From Phycisphaerae bacterium (lineage in GTDB: Bacteria; Planctomycetota; Phycisphaerae; UBA1845; Fen-1342), in the NCBI GenBank assembly GCA_963675745.2, contig CAXXWX010000014.1, positions 1-47,167 on the forward strand: 47,167 nucleotides of DNA, in the 5' to 3' direction. The notes below the pieces were generated by a model. It saw only the letters and a program-made list of their open reading frames with translations, did no database searches and was not told where the DNA came from. Positions within the stretch are counted from its first letter, which is position 1, and each line of letters starts with the position of its first letter. A program made the translations under genes and the position numbers. This document shows positions 1 to 10,700 of this stretch, piece by piece.

Positions 1-18
1 CGACGAAAGTAGTACATA

Positions 19-42
19 GGCGGGCGGGACGCCCGCCCCACC
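19..42 (-). repeat. REP-like palindrome (GTGG-type)
   Basis: Minus strand reads GGTGGGGCGGGCGTCCCGCCCGCC: GTGG followed by a GC-rich hairpin, intergenic. Confidence 0.5.
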
Positions 43-113
43 CGCGTATGGGCAACGGACTGTTGTTGAAACCGCGCTGACGCCGCTTCCAGGCCAACTG
101 CTTCGCGCGTATG

Positions 114-147
114 GCACTGTAGCGGCCTGCGCCTCGCAGGCCGTCGA
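114..147 (+). repeat. GTAG-family REP element
   Basis: GTAG (119-122) then CGGCCTGCG-CCT-CGCAGGCCG. The reverse complement recurs at 43050-43083, 43161-43194 and 43256-43285. Confidence 0.85.
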
Positions 148-287
148 TTTGAGACGGCGTCTCCGATACGAAGTGGCCGGCAAGGCGTCTTCCGCCGCCG
201 GGCCGACGCAGCAAGTGCTTTGTCCGTACAACAGCCACACGCGCCCCGCGACTCTGCATCGCCGCACGTGAGAGGCGTTGTCTGACT

Positions 288-1714
288 CTACGCGTGCTTG
301 ACGTGCGTGTGATCCGCGATTTCGGAGTTGGTGGTGCAGAGATCGCCGACTCCGAGAGCGTGGACGTCGCTGTTGCCGGTGAGTCTTGCGAAACTCGCCA
401 GTTCGTCGTTGCAGACTTTCAGGTAGTTGGCAAGTCGCCGGGCGGATTCGTCTATGTTCAGCCGGGCGCGCAGCGCGGGGTCTTGAGTGGCCACACCAAC
501 CGGGCACTTGCCCGTGTGACACACGCGATACTGCTGGCAGCCGCACGCTATCATCGCCGCCGTCCCGATGGCAACGGCATCCGCGCCAAGTGCCAGAGCC
601 TTGGCGAAGTCGGATGACACGCGCAGCCCGCCGGTGATGACCAGTGTCACGTCGCCGGCGCCGCGCGCATCGAGATGCGCCCGGGCGCGATGCAGCGCGA
701 AGATGGTGGGCACGGATGTCGCGGCCTTGATGAACTTCGGCGCGGCTCCCGTCGCGCCCGGACGACCATCAATCGTGATGAAGTCCGGCTGGGCGTGTAG
801 AGCCACGTCAAGATCGGCCTCGATGTCGCCGGCGGCCAGTTTCACGCCGATGGGCTTTCCGCCGGATTTGTCACGGAGCCAATCGACCTTTCGCTTCAGA
901 TCATCCTTGCCGCGAATGTCGTCGAAGCGCGCCGGGCTCGTGATGCTCTGACCGGCGGGGAAGCCGCGAACACGCGCTATCTCGTCGGTCACCTTCTCCG
1001 CGGGCAAGTGTCCTCCCATGCCCGGCTTGGCGGATTGGCCGATCTTGATCTCGATGGCGTCGACGGCCTTGAGGTTTTCATCGGTGATGCTGTAGCGATT
1101 GGGGACGTATTCGAAAACGTACTTGTGTGCGCTGGCGAGCGATTCGGGCAGGATGCCGCCCTCGCCGGAGCACATGGCCGTGCCGCAGGCGGCGCTGCCC
1201 TTGGCCAACGCGAGCTTGGCTTCCTTCGACAACGCGCCAAACGACATGTGCGTGACGTAAAGCGGCATGTCGATGATCAGCGGGTGGTCGGCCCGTGGCC
1301 CGATGATCGTCTGCGTGCTGACCGGTTCATCCGCATTCAGGGGGAGGCGGGCGAGTTGCGCGCCTTTGATGAGAATGTCGTCCAGGAAACCAACGCGAGC
1401 GGCGTCCGCATGGCGTCAGTGATGGACTCACCAGTGCTCGCCATCCGATGGATGTCGTGCATGTGGCTTTCGCGCTCATCCACAGGTCGCGCCCACGCGG
1501 CAAGATAGTCATCCATGGTCGCCGCGCCGGCTTCCGGCTCGGCCCCATCGCCCGAAACCGCCTGCTCCACCGGGCTGAACTCGGACTTGGGCGCGTCACA
1601 GATCGGGCAAGCCCAATCGTCCGGCAAATCCTCCCAGGCTACACCGTCTTTGGTTTCGTCGTAGACATAGCCGCAAACGGCACACTCCCAGACTCGCGGT
1701 GGCTCATCAGCCAT
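288..1714 (-). CDS. Rubredoxin domain fused to FMN-binding glutamate synthase-family domain (one-base frameshift near 1383)
   Basis: ATG at 1714 with GGAGGTG RBS. N-terminal rubredoxin [10 protein letters not shown]...WACPIC. Adding one G in TGGACGAC restores [17 protein letters not shown], in frame with ORF 288..1268 ([38 protein letters not shown], 3Fe-4S motif [15 protein letters not shown]). No glutamine amidotransferase domain. Confidence 0.85.
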
Positions 1715-1791
1715 CGATACACCTCCCTGCCGGCTGTCGGGCAGCGGGTCAGTTGTCGGCCGACCCGCGACCCCCGCGTGGATAAACCGAT

Positions 1792-2289
<498 letters not shown>

Positions 2290-2353
2290 GAGGCACTTCT
2301 CCATGTCGTCAGTTTGTGATCATTCCGGTAACGCGCGCCATGCGCGGCGTCGG

Positions 2354-2662
2354 TCACGCCCCCTTGAGCTTCTCAGCCTCTTCGTCAACCTCTTCCGCCC
2401 CTTCCGCATAAAACTTCTCCTCGTCGGGGGCCAGCGTGTGCAACAGGCGCAGAAACTCACCGGCGTGTACGCGCTCCTCGTCGGCAATGTCCCGCAGAAC
2501 TTCAATCGCCAGCGGGTGGTCCGTGGACTCGGCGAGCTGCATGTAGAGCTGTATCGCCTCGTATTCCGCGGCAATCATGAAACGGATCGCCCGAATCAAC
2601 TCTGTCTTGCTGAGCTTCCGGTCCTGCGCGAGTCCTGAGAAGGGTGAGCAAAACTCCGGCAT
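2354..2662 (-). CDS. Small ferritin-like protein (half four-helix bundle, encapsulin-cargo Flp-like)
   Basis: ELIRAIRFMIAAEYEAIQLY and DIADEERVHAGEF. 102 aa from ATG 2662 with AAGGAG RBS. Confidence 0.85.
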   Translation of the reverse strand: MPEFCSPFSGLAQDRKLSKTELIRAIRFMIAAEYEAIQLYMQLAESTDHPLAIEVLRDIADEERVHAGEFLRLLHTLAPDEEKFYAEGAEEVDEEAEKLKGA

Positions 2663-2831
2663 ATCAACTTCTCCTTGTGAAACCAGGGTGCCGGCGGCTC
2701 GGATCACCAACTGGCGATCCGGGCCCGCGCGGCCCCGCAGCGCGGCGGTCGGAGCCGGCGTGGGCGGACTCCGACCGTCGCGCCGTAACGTGTTGACACC
2801 GCGCTCACATCGGCGCGGAGCTGCACAGCAG

Positions 2832-4241
2832 CTACAGGCAGCGCAAGAACGCTACCAGGTCCGCCTTCTCGTCCGCGCTCAGTTTGGTCTGGAGTATCAG
2901 GTCATGATATTCGACCGTGTCTTCCAGAGTGAGCAGACGGCGGTCATGCAGATACGGCGGTGAATCCTTGATTCCGCGCAGCGGGAAGGTCTTGATCGGG
3001 CCGTCCGACGCCGCCATTCGCCCATTGACCATCTGCGGTTTGTAGAAGCGTTCAGCGCGCAGATTGTGCATCAGGTTGTCGGTGTAGTACGGAGCCGGAT
3101 GACACTCGGCGCAACGTCCTTTGTCGAAGAAGACGACCTGGCCGCGCAACTCGGCCTCGGTGGCCTTGGCGGGGTCGAGCTTGCCGAACACATCCAGCTT
3201 CGGCGCGGGCGGGAAGTCGAGCAATGCCTGAAACTCCGCCATGAAGTGGACCTGGCTGCCGCGTTCCAGGACGTTCAGGCCCTTCTTGGTGCCAATGACC
3301 GGGTCGCCATCGAAATAGGCGGCGCGCTGCTCGAACTCGGTGAAATCTTCAATGGACTTCAACGCGCGCTGAGAACCGAACAGCCGCTGAATGTTCACAC
3401 CGCGCAGCGACGGCGTGTCCAAGCCGTGGCGGAATTCCTGCGGCCGAATGTCACCCACCAGGTGGGTCGCGGAGTTCGTGTGGCCGTTCACATGGCAATC
3501 GAAGCAGGTCACGCCGCGATGTGGGCGCGCCGCGCGCCTGTCTTCGGTCGCGTTGAATTGCTGTTGCGGGAACGGCGTTACCAGCAGACGCAAGCCCTCA
3601 ATCTGCTTGGGGTTGAGCACGCCGTTGAACAGCCTGTAGAAGTTGTCGATGGTGACGACATTGCCCTGCGACACGTCGCCGAGATCGGGCCGCGTGGTCA
3701 GGTAGATTGGCGGCGGATACTCGGGCAGGAAGTGCTGCGGCAGGTCATAATCAAGATCGAAACGCGTCAGGTCAATGTCGGTCTGTCGTTTGATCTCATC
3801 GATATGGTGCTGCGGAAAAACCATGCCACCTTCCGCGTGGTTCGGGTGCGGCAGTGGCAGGAATCCCTTGGGCCACAACCCCTGTTCCTTGATCTGTTCC
3901 GGCGTCATTTCGCCGAGCTTCTGCCAGGTCATACCGGCAGGCAGCTTGACCCTTATGCCTTCCTGAATCGCCTTGCCACCCGACATGGTGACACCCTTGG
4001 CCGGGCGATCGCTCATGTCGTAACGCTCTTCCAGAAGAGCCATCTGCCGTTTCATGATGGCCGGTTTGGCCGCTGACATACGCGCCTTCACGTCGTCAAA
4101 ACTCTCGGTCAGCGCTACCGGCGCGTAGCTTGTCGGTTGCTTATCCTGAGCGAAAACCAGTCCCGCCAGGATGGTCCCAAAGACGACGGCGGCGATCACG
4201 GGCCGGCGTCGTCGCGTGGTGAACTGCTGGATGAGGTGCAT
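2832..4241 (-). CDS. Exported di-heme cytochrome c peroxidase/MauG-superfamily protein
   Basis: Signal-peptide-like N-terminus (RRRR then hydrophobic, ending VFA). Two CxxCH motifs (CFDCH, CAECH), DTPSLRG, KTFPLRGIKDSPPYLHD and C-terminal EKADLVAFLRCL. ATG 4241 with GGAGG. Confidence 0.85.
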   Translation of the reverse strand: MHLIQQFTTRRRRPVIAAVVFGTILAGLVFAQDKQPTSYAPVALTESFDDVKARMSAAKPAIMKRQMALLEERYDMSDRPAKGVTMSGGKAIQEGIRVKLPAGMTWQKLGEMTPEQIKEQGLWPKGFLPLPHPNHAEGGMVFPQHHIDEIKRQTDIDLTRFDLDYDLPQHFLPEYPPPIYLTTRPDLGDVSQGNVVTIDNFYRLFNGVLNPKQIEGLRLLVTPFPQQQFNATEDRRAARPHRGVTCFDCHVNGHTNSATHLVGDIRPQEFRHGLDTPSLRGVNIQRLFGSQRALKSIEDFTEFEQRAAYFDGDPVIGTKKGLNVLERGSQVHFMAEFQALLDFPPAPKLDVFGKLDPAKATEAELRGQVVFFDKGRCAECHPAPYYTDNLMHNLRAERFYKPQMVNGRMAASDGPIKTFPLRGIKDSPPYLHDRRLLTLEDTVEYHDLILQTKLSADEKADLVAFLRCL

Positions 4242-4318
4242 TATCGTTTCCTCCGTCCGGGTTTCACTGGTGACTCGTTGGTGGCGATGCGGGTTCTCGA
4301 TTGGCTCGCCGTGGTGGC

Positions 4319-4783
4319 TCAGGTGCCGTCTGCGGATTCCTCCTTTCCGCGGCAGTCCGCGCATATCCCGTGGAAGTGAATCGAGAAGTCCCGTATCTGA
4401 AAGGAGTGCGCCTGAGCATCCGGAAGTTTGACGGTTGCTTCCAGGTGCTCGTCGGCGAGGTCAATGAGCTTCTCGCAACGCAGGCACACGAGGTGGTGAT
4501 GGCGACTCGTCATGGGATCGAAGCGGGTTGCGGCGCCCGGCGAACACGCCTTGGATACCACACCGATTTCCACCAGCGTATCCAGCGTACGGTAGACGGT
4601 CGTCCGCGAAATCCCGGGGATGTTCCCTTTCACCACTTCATAGACCTCATCGGCCGTCGGATGATCCGCACGATCGACGATAGCCTCAAACACAAAGCGC
4701 CGTTGCACCGTCACGGCCAGGCCGCGATCGCGGCACAGCTGCTCGAACTGCCTTATTCGCTCGCTCTTATCGGCGGTAGCCAC
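4319..4783 (-). CDS. perR: Fur-family transcriptional repressor, PerR-like
   Basis: TVQRR, DHPTADEVY, ISRTTVYRTL, RFD...HHHLVCLRC, C-terminal GICADC. GTG start with AGGAG RBS. First gene of the peroxide-defence cluster. Confidence 0.88.
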   Translation of the reverse strand: MATADKSERIRQFEQLCRDRGLAVTVQRRFVFEAIVDRADHPTADEVYEVVKGNIPGISRTTVYRTLDTLVEIGVVSKACSPGAATRFDPMTSRHHHLVCLRCEKLIDLADEHLEATVKLPDAQAHSFQIRDFSIHFHGICADCRGKEESADGT

Positions 4784-4801
4784 AGGGCACTCCTGGTTGG
4801 T

Positions 4802-4830
4802 AATATGTATCATTTCGCATGTGTTGTCAA
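4802..4830 (-). promoter_or_regulatory. Sigma70-type promoter of the perR cluster
   Basis: Minus strand TTGACA (4830-4825), 17-bp spacer, CATATT (4807-4802), just upstream of the perR RBS in an AT-rich patch. Confidence 0.65.
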
Positions 4831-5110
4831 GTAGCTCCCGCGGCTGCTCGCGAATTTCCCGTAATTCAAACCCGGAAAACACGTATCGGCAACCGGAAAG
4901 TGCGTACTTCGATCCGTCGAATCGCCGTCGGCCAGCCTCCCGCGCGGACATCCACGGCGTTGGCGCACCAGGATCTCGAAAGTCGTTACGATTTCCAGTA
5001 GACAGTTCCGGCAAATACGCGTCCAGGTAGGCAGCAGGACCGCATGACGGGAGGTTGCGATGCTGGACGCGCTTGTGTTGAGACATGTGACCACGCGGCG
5101 ACGAGGATCG

Positions 5111-5674
5111 ATGAGCGGGCGTGAAGCCGACTGCCAGACGGATGATGATGCTCGCGCGGTGCGCGCGGTACTGGACGGCGATCTGCACACATTTCGCGCG
5201 TTGTACGATCGCTACTTCCGCCTGATCCACGCCGTCTGCTGTGACTTCACTCATGACCGCGATCTGGCCCAGGACCTGGTTCACGATGTCTTCCTGAAGT
5301 CGTATCAGCGCCTGCGACAACTGCGCCAGCCGGAGCGTTTTGGCGCCTGGCTGCTGACAATCGCCCGGAGTGTGTGCCGCGATTGGCGGCGACAACGTGC
5401 CCGCAGCGTCGATGCCGAGGTCGGGCTCGATCCGCGCGTTAGTGTTGCGCGGGAGACGGCGCCGGACGAGCGACTGGGCGCGCTGCAACGCGCGTTGTCC
5501 GAGCTGCCGGAGCGGGAACGTCTGGCGATACACCTCGCGTATCTGGAGCAGCAGCCGGCCGAGCTTGCCCGGCGACTGCTGGGCCTGTCACGATCCGGTT
5601 ACTACCGCGTGCTCGATCGGGCGCGCACCAGGCTGGAGCGGATGCTGTCTGATGAAGAGGAGGTGACCCGATGA
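5111..5674 (+). CDS. ECF RNA polymerase sigma factor
   Basis: Region 2 (AQDLVHDVFLKSY...FGAWLLTIAR) and region 4 (ALSELPERERLAIHL...RARTRL). ATG 5111 with GAGGA RBS. ATGA overlap with the next gene. Confidence 0.92.
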   Translation: MSGREADCQTDDDARAVRAVLDGDLHTFRALYDRYFRLIHAVCCDFTHDRDLAQDLVHDVFLKSYQRLRQLRQPERFGAWLLTIARSVCRDWRRQRARSVDAEVGLDPRVSVARETAPDERLGALQRALSELPERERLAIHLAYLEQQPAELARRLLGLSRSGYYRVLDRARTRLERMLSDEEEVTR

Positions 5675-6930
5675 ATCCGAAGCTCCATGACGACCTCCAA
5701 CGGCTGCATGCTGAAGACGAGACGCGGCAGCGCGAAGGCCGGCGGCGTTTGATGGCGGCGATCGCCGATCAGCCGCCCCACCCGGCGCATGTGGGATTCG
5801 CCACGCGTCACGCGACCCGGCGTCTGGGCGGCCTCGCCGCCGCCGCCGCGATTCTGTTCATGATCTACGTCACGCTGTTTTCGAACGGCACGCAGCAAAC
5901 CGCCTGGGCCGCGGTGCTTGACCAGCTCAATCGCATCGAATCACTGGCCTGGCGGCAGAAGTCGATCGTGTCGGCGGATGGTTACGCCGATGACGCCGGG
6001 GCGGACGGGTCGTGGGATCGCGGATACCTCAAGGCGCCCCACCTTCTCCGCCTCGAGCAAGGGATCGCTTCAACATCCCAACCCGCCGGCGACGCGCGCC
6101 TGCCGATCGATGTTCGGATCTGGCGCACCGAGCCGGGCCGGGAAGTTCACATTGACTTGTGTCCGCGCGAGAAACGCGCCGTCCGGCGGATCATCAGCAC
6201 AAACCGTGAACCGAGCCGGCTGCGGAATGTGCCGGGCGAAGTCTGGGAGAAGCTCCAGAAACTGCGCGAGCAAGACGTACGCGCCCTGGAAAACCGGCTG
6301 ATCGATGGCGTGCAAACGCTCGGCTTTGAAGCGCCGCTGGCCGACTTTGAGCCAAACGCTCCCGACCTGGGCGGCACGATTCGAGTCTGGGTCCATGAGC
6401 AAACTGCGGTTCCGGTGCGAATCGAACTGCGTTGTCCAATCGGGGATGACTACTCCACCACGTTCCTGACCGCCATTGAGTGGAATGTCGATTTGCCGGA
6501 CAAGCTGTTCGAAGTCCCCGACGACAGCGACTGGACAGTGGAGGAGCACGATATCCACGACAAGGTCTTTGCGGCCCCGGGCGCACAATTAAGACCCGGC
6601 GTGACACTCGAAGTCACGACAGCCGGCGGAGATATCATCCTCTCGCGACAACACGTGGCGCGCGTCACCGCGAGCCGGACTGAACGAAGCGGCACAGAGC
6701 AGACTTCGCTCTTTGTCGACCTGACACCGGAAGGAAAGCGGCGCCTCGCCGAATATACGGCCGCCCACATCGGGGAAACCGTGACGATCACACTCAACGG
6801 ACAAGTGATTGGCCGGCCACAAATCCGCGCACCGCTGAGCGGAGGTTTCCAGATCGATATCCCGAGCGACGGACCGGCGGTGGAAGAGCTGATCGAGCCC
6901 ACGGTGGCCCCAGACGCCGACGGGGATTAG
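5671..6930 (+). CDS. Putative membrane anti-sigma factor with LolA-like and C-terminal SecD/F P1-head-like domains
   Basis: Coupled to the ECF gene. One TM (LGGLAAAAAILFMIYVTLF) then AWAAVLDQL. LolA-fold-like IRVWV...PVRIE...WNVDLPDKLFEVP. C-terminal VDLTPEGKRRLAEYTAAHIGETVTITLNGQVIGRPQIRAPL resembles the SecD P1 head. Confidence 0.7.
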   Translation: MNPKLHDDLQRLHAEDETRQREGRRRLMAAIADQPPHPAHVGFATRHATRRLGGLAAAAAILFMIYVTLFSNGTQQTAWAAVLDQLNRIESLAWRQKSIVSADGYADDAGADGSWDRGYLKAPHLLRLEQGIASTSQPAGDARLPIDVRIWRTEPGREVHIDLCPREKRAVRRIISTNREPSRLRNVPGEVWEKLQKLREQDVRALENRLIDGVQTLGFEAPLADFEPNAPDLGGTIRVWVHEQTAVPVRIELRCPIGDDYSTTFLTAIEWNVDLPDKLFEVPDDSDWTVEEHDIHDKVFAAPGAQLRPGVTLEVTTAGGDIILSRQHVARVTASRTERSGTEQTSLFVDLTPEGKRRLAEYTAAHIGETVTITLNGQVIGRPQIRAPLSGGFQIDIPSDGPAVEELIEPTVAPDADGD

Positions 6931-7033
6931 TGGGTATACGCGTCGCCCAACGGCGTAAGCGGTGGCGTGCCGTAGCGGCTGGCTGCGCTTCGACGAGTGA
7001 GGCACGCGGGACGGTTGCGTCCCCATCACCCGA

Positions 7034-7492
7034 CTACTGCGCGGCCCGTATGTACTCCTCGTATTCGCGCTCAAATGTCGCTTTGTGCTCGGCCTCTTCA
7101 CGCGCCAGCCCGCGCAACACCTCCTTGCAGGCGGCGTCGGCGGTGGTCTCGGCCAGGCTGCTGTACAAGTCGTAGGCCTCTTGCTCTGCCTTGATCGCAA
7201 TCACCAGGGCTTCAGCGTGGTCAATTTCGCCCGCCGGATCAAGCGGCTTGTCGCGCAGGCGATCCACGAGTCCCTGGTTGACGATTTCCGTCTCTGACAA
7301 TAGCCCGCGCTCACCCGCCTTGATACTCAGGAGCCTGGCCTTGTGCTGATCCTCCTCCCGGGCGATGTCGAGGAATAGCTGCCGCGCGTCATCCCGGTGA
7401 GCGGCGCCGGCCAGTTTGCGGTAGAACGCGGCCGCGTGCTCCTCATTGATGACGGCAAAATCGAGGATCTTTTCCACCCAGTTAACTGGCAT
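7034..7492 (-). CDS. Ferritin-like/rubrerythrin-family protein without rubredoxin domain
   Basis: Duplicated pattern AVINEEHAAAFY...AREEDQHK and AIKAEQEAYDLY...AREEAEHK. ATG 7492 with GGAGG. Confidence 0.85.
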   Translation of the reverse strand: MPVNWVEKILDFAVINEEHAAAFYRKLAGAAHRDDARQLFLDIAREEDQHKARLLSIKAGERGLLSETEIVNQGLVDRLRDKPLDPAGEIDHAEALVIAIKAEQEAYDLYSSLAETTADAACKEVLRGLAREEAEHKATFEREYEEYIRAAQ

Positions 7493-7766
7493 AGTCGCCT
7501 CCCGGCACCCGCGGCATGTCGCCCGGCGACCTTTTCCGGCGACCTCAACGGGCTTCCAAACGCCGATCCTACGCCTCACCCGCCACCATGTGCAAGCGGC
7601 GGTTGCCCGGCAATGGCATGCCGGCCTGACGCGCGCCAGGCCGTTACCGGGCGTTTCTCGTCACCAGTAATCCACGACACTGTTCAGACTGCCTTCAAAC
7701 CCGGCGCACAAATCTGGTACAGTGTGGGAGGTTGCACAAGCGGGACTCACTGTGAAGGAAGCAACA

Positions 7767-10700
7767 ATGCCCCATACAGCCTGTACGCGTTCGTTCGCTG
7801 TCGCGGTCTTCGCCCTGCTGTTGGCCGCCTCGCCGGCCCTGCACGGCAACACCGTCGACGTCAGCCCCTACCCGATCGCCGGCGGCCAACCCGTCACGAT
7901 TCAGTACGACCCGGCCGGACGCGTCCTGGAGAGCGCGGGCCAGGTCTACATGCACTACGGCTTCAACGAGTGGAGCCCGGTGATCAACCCGGACCCGGCC
8001 ATGAGTTGGAACGCCGCCGAATCAGTCTGGCAAGCCACGGTCGATGTACCGTTGAGCGCATACCAGTTAGACGTCGTGTTCAATGATGGCGACGACTGGG
8101 ACAACAACGATGGTGCCGACTGGCACCTGATCGTGATCGGCGGCCAGCAGTGGGTCGTTGACGGACAACTCGATGATGACGCCACCCTGATCGCCCAGAA
8201 CAACGGGAATGAGCTCTACGCCGGCGTGCGCGGCACGGTGCTGTATGTCGCAGCGCCCGGCGCCAGCGGCGGCAACGACCACTTCATTTTCCTGGCGGGT
8301 TCGCCCGGCGGCATGGTGTCGGCACCATGGGGAAAGGACGGCACCGTGGCCGGCTGGTCAGCGTACATCGGCAACGAGGTCGACAACGGCTGGGCCGGCT
8401 GGTTTGACGACAGCGGCGGCATGGAGGTCGCCACCGGGAGCTGGCTGGAAGCGACGATCGACCTGGACGCCGAGTTCGGCGCGGTGCCCGAGGAGATCTA
8501 CCTCGCCTTCGCGCCTTACCCGACCAGCGAGGACACCTCGCTGCAATATCACTTGCAGGTGCCCGCCTCGGTCAACAATAACGGCAACGTCGATGCCGCC
8601 GAGTATGCGCTCGTTGATATCGGCGCGATTCTGGTCGGCTGCTCACCGGCGGATCTTGACGAAGATTGCGACGTCGATGCCGGCGATCTTCTCGCCTTCG
8701 CCGGCTGCATGCTCGGCCCGGACCTGCCGTCGTGCGACGACGCCGACTTTGAATCAGACAACGACGTCGACATGCCCGACTTCGCCATCTTCCAGATAGC
8801 CATGGGTGGTGGCAGCCTGCCGGGCGCCGTCGTTGCCGAGGATCTCGGCGTTGATGTTACGCGTTACTACCCCGAAGGTGTCGTCCTGGCCGAGCTGCCG
8901 CCGTCCATGTCCATGGACATCGAACCCGTCGTGCTCGGCCCGGCACCCGAGCCATGGACGGTCCAACCCTACTTCTTCGAATCCGGCAGTCGTCACGGCG
9001 TCCTTATTCCAGTTGACGACGGAACCGATCTCTACGGCACCGGCGAAGTCTGCGGCTCGCTACTGCGTAACGGCCACACGACCGAAGCGTGGAATACGGA
9101 TGCATATGGCTACGGCCCGGGAAACCCCAGCCTGTATCAATCACACCCCTGGGTGCTGGCGGTTCGACCCGACGGTACGGCTTTCGGCGTTCTGGCCGAC
9201 ACGACCTATCGCTGCCGCATGGACCTGACGCTGGACATCATCTTCGCCGCCGAGGGCCCGGAGTATCCGATATACGTATTCGACGGCGATACGCCGCAAG
9301 AAGTCCTCATCCGCCTGGCGGACTTCATCGGCAGAATGGAATTGCCGCCGCGCTGGGCCCTGGGTTACCAGCAAAGCCGCCACTCATACGCCCCCGAGAG
9401 CACGGCCCGCTATATTGCCAACCAGTTTCGCACGCGCGACATTCCCTGCGACGTGATCTGGCTCGACATTAACTACATGGACGGTTATCGCATCTTCACG
9501 TTTGATCCGTCCGGCTTTCCCAACCCGCTCTCGTTCAACGACGACCTGCACGCGCTGGGCTATCGCACCGTCTGGATGATCGACCCCGGTGTAAAGGTGG
9601 AATCGGGGTATTTCGTCGATGACCAGGGTTCGGCTGGCGATCACTGGATCTACGACGCCGGCGGGAGCTGGTACACCGGCGAGGTCTGGCCCGGCCAGTG
9701 TCACTTCCCCGACTACACGCGCCCCGAAACGCGCGCCTGGTGGGCCGGTCTATACACCAACTACATGGCCCAGGGTGTCGACGGCGTGTGGAACGACATG
9801 AACGAGCCGGGCATCTTTGACGGACCCGGCCACTCCATGCCCGTGGATTGCCAGCACCGCGGCGGCGGTGGGTTGCCCGCCGGGCCGCACGCGCAGTATC
9901 ACAACGTTTACGGTCGGCTGATGGCCGAGGCATCGCGCGACGGCATCCTGACCGCCAACCCCGACAAGCGCCCGTTTGTCCTCTCCCGGGCCAATTTCAT
10001 CGGCGGACATCGCTACGCGGCGATGTGGACCGGCGATAATGTCGCAAACTGGAGCCATCTCTACTATTCAACGCCAATGACGCTCAACATGGGCCTCTCC
10101 GGCCAGCCCTTCGCCGGCCCCGATCTGGGCGGCTACGCGGATGATGGCTCGTCGGACTTGTACGCGCGCTGGATGGGCGTCGGCGTGTTCATGCCGTTCT
10201 GCCGGGCCCACGCAGACGACCAAGGCATCGACAAGGAACCGTGGTCGTTCGGCTCCACAGTGGAAGACATTTGCAGGACCGCGATCGAACGCCGCTATCG
10301 GCTAATGCCGTATCTGTACACGGTGTTCCAGGAATCGTCGGCGACCGGGCTGCCGGTCGCGCGGCCGGTGTTCTTCGCCGATCCGTCTGATGTCAGTCTG
10401 CGCGACGAAGACATCGCATTCATGCTCGGTGCTGACGTGCTGGTGGTGCCGAACGTCTCGGAGAATCCCGGTTCGGCGCCGACGCCGGCACTGCCTGCGG
10501 GCACGTGGCGGACAATCTCGCTGGTTGGCGAAAACAGCGCGGCGGAAGTGAACCAGCCGGACGTGCGCGTCCGCGACGGCGCGATCGTGCCGCTCGGCCC
10601 GGTGATGGAATACACCGACGAAGCCCCGCTTGACCCGCTGACGCTCGTGGTCTCGCTCGATCAAAGCGGCCTGGCCGAAGGCTGGCTCTACGAAGACGAC

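Noticed and set aside
4784..5533. Long N-terminal extension of the Fur ORF (404 aa)
   Set aside because: It overlaps the ECF gene on the other strand and the promoter region. The Fur domain starts at GTG 4783 with its own RBS.
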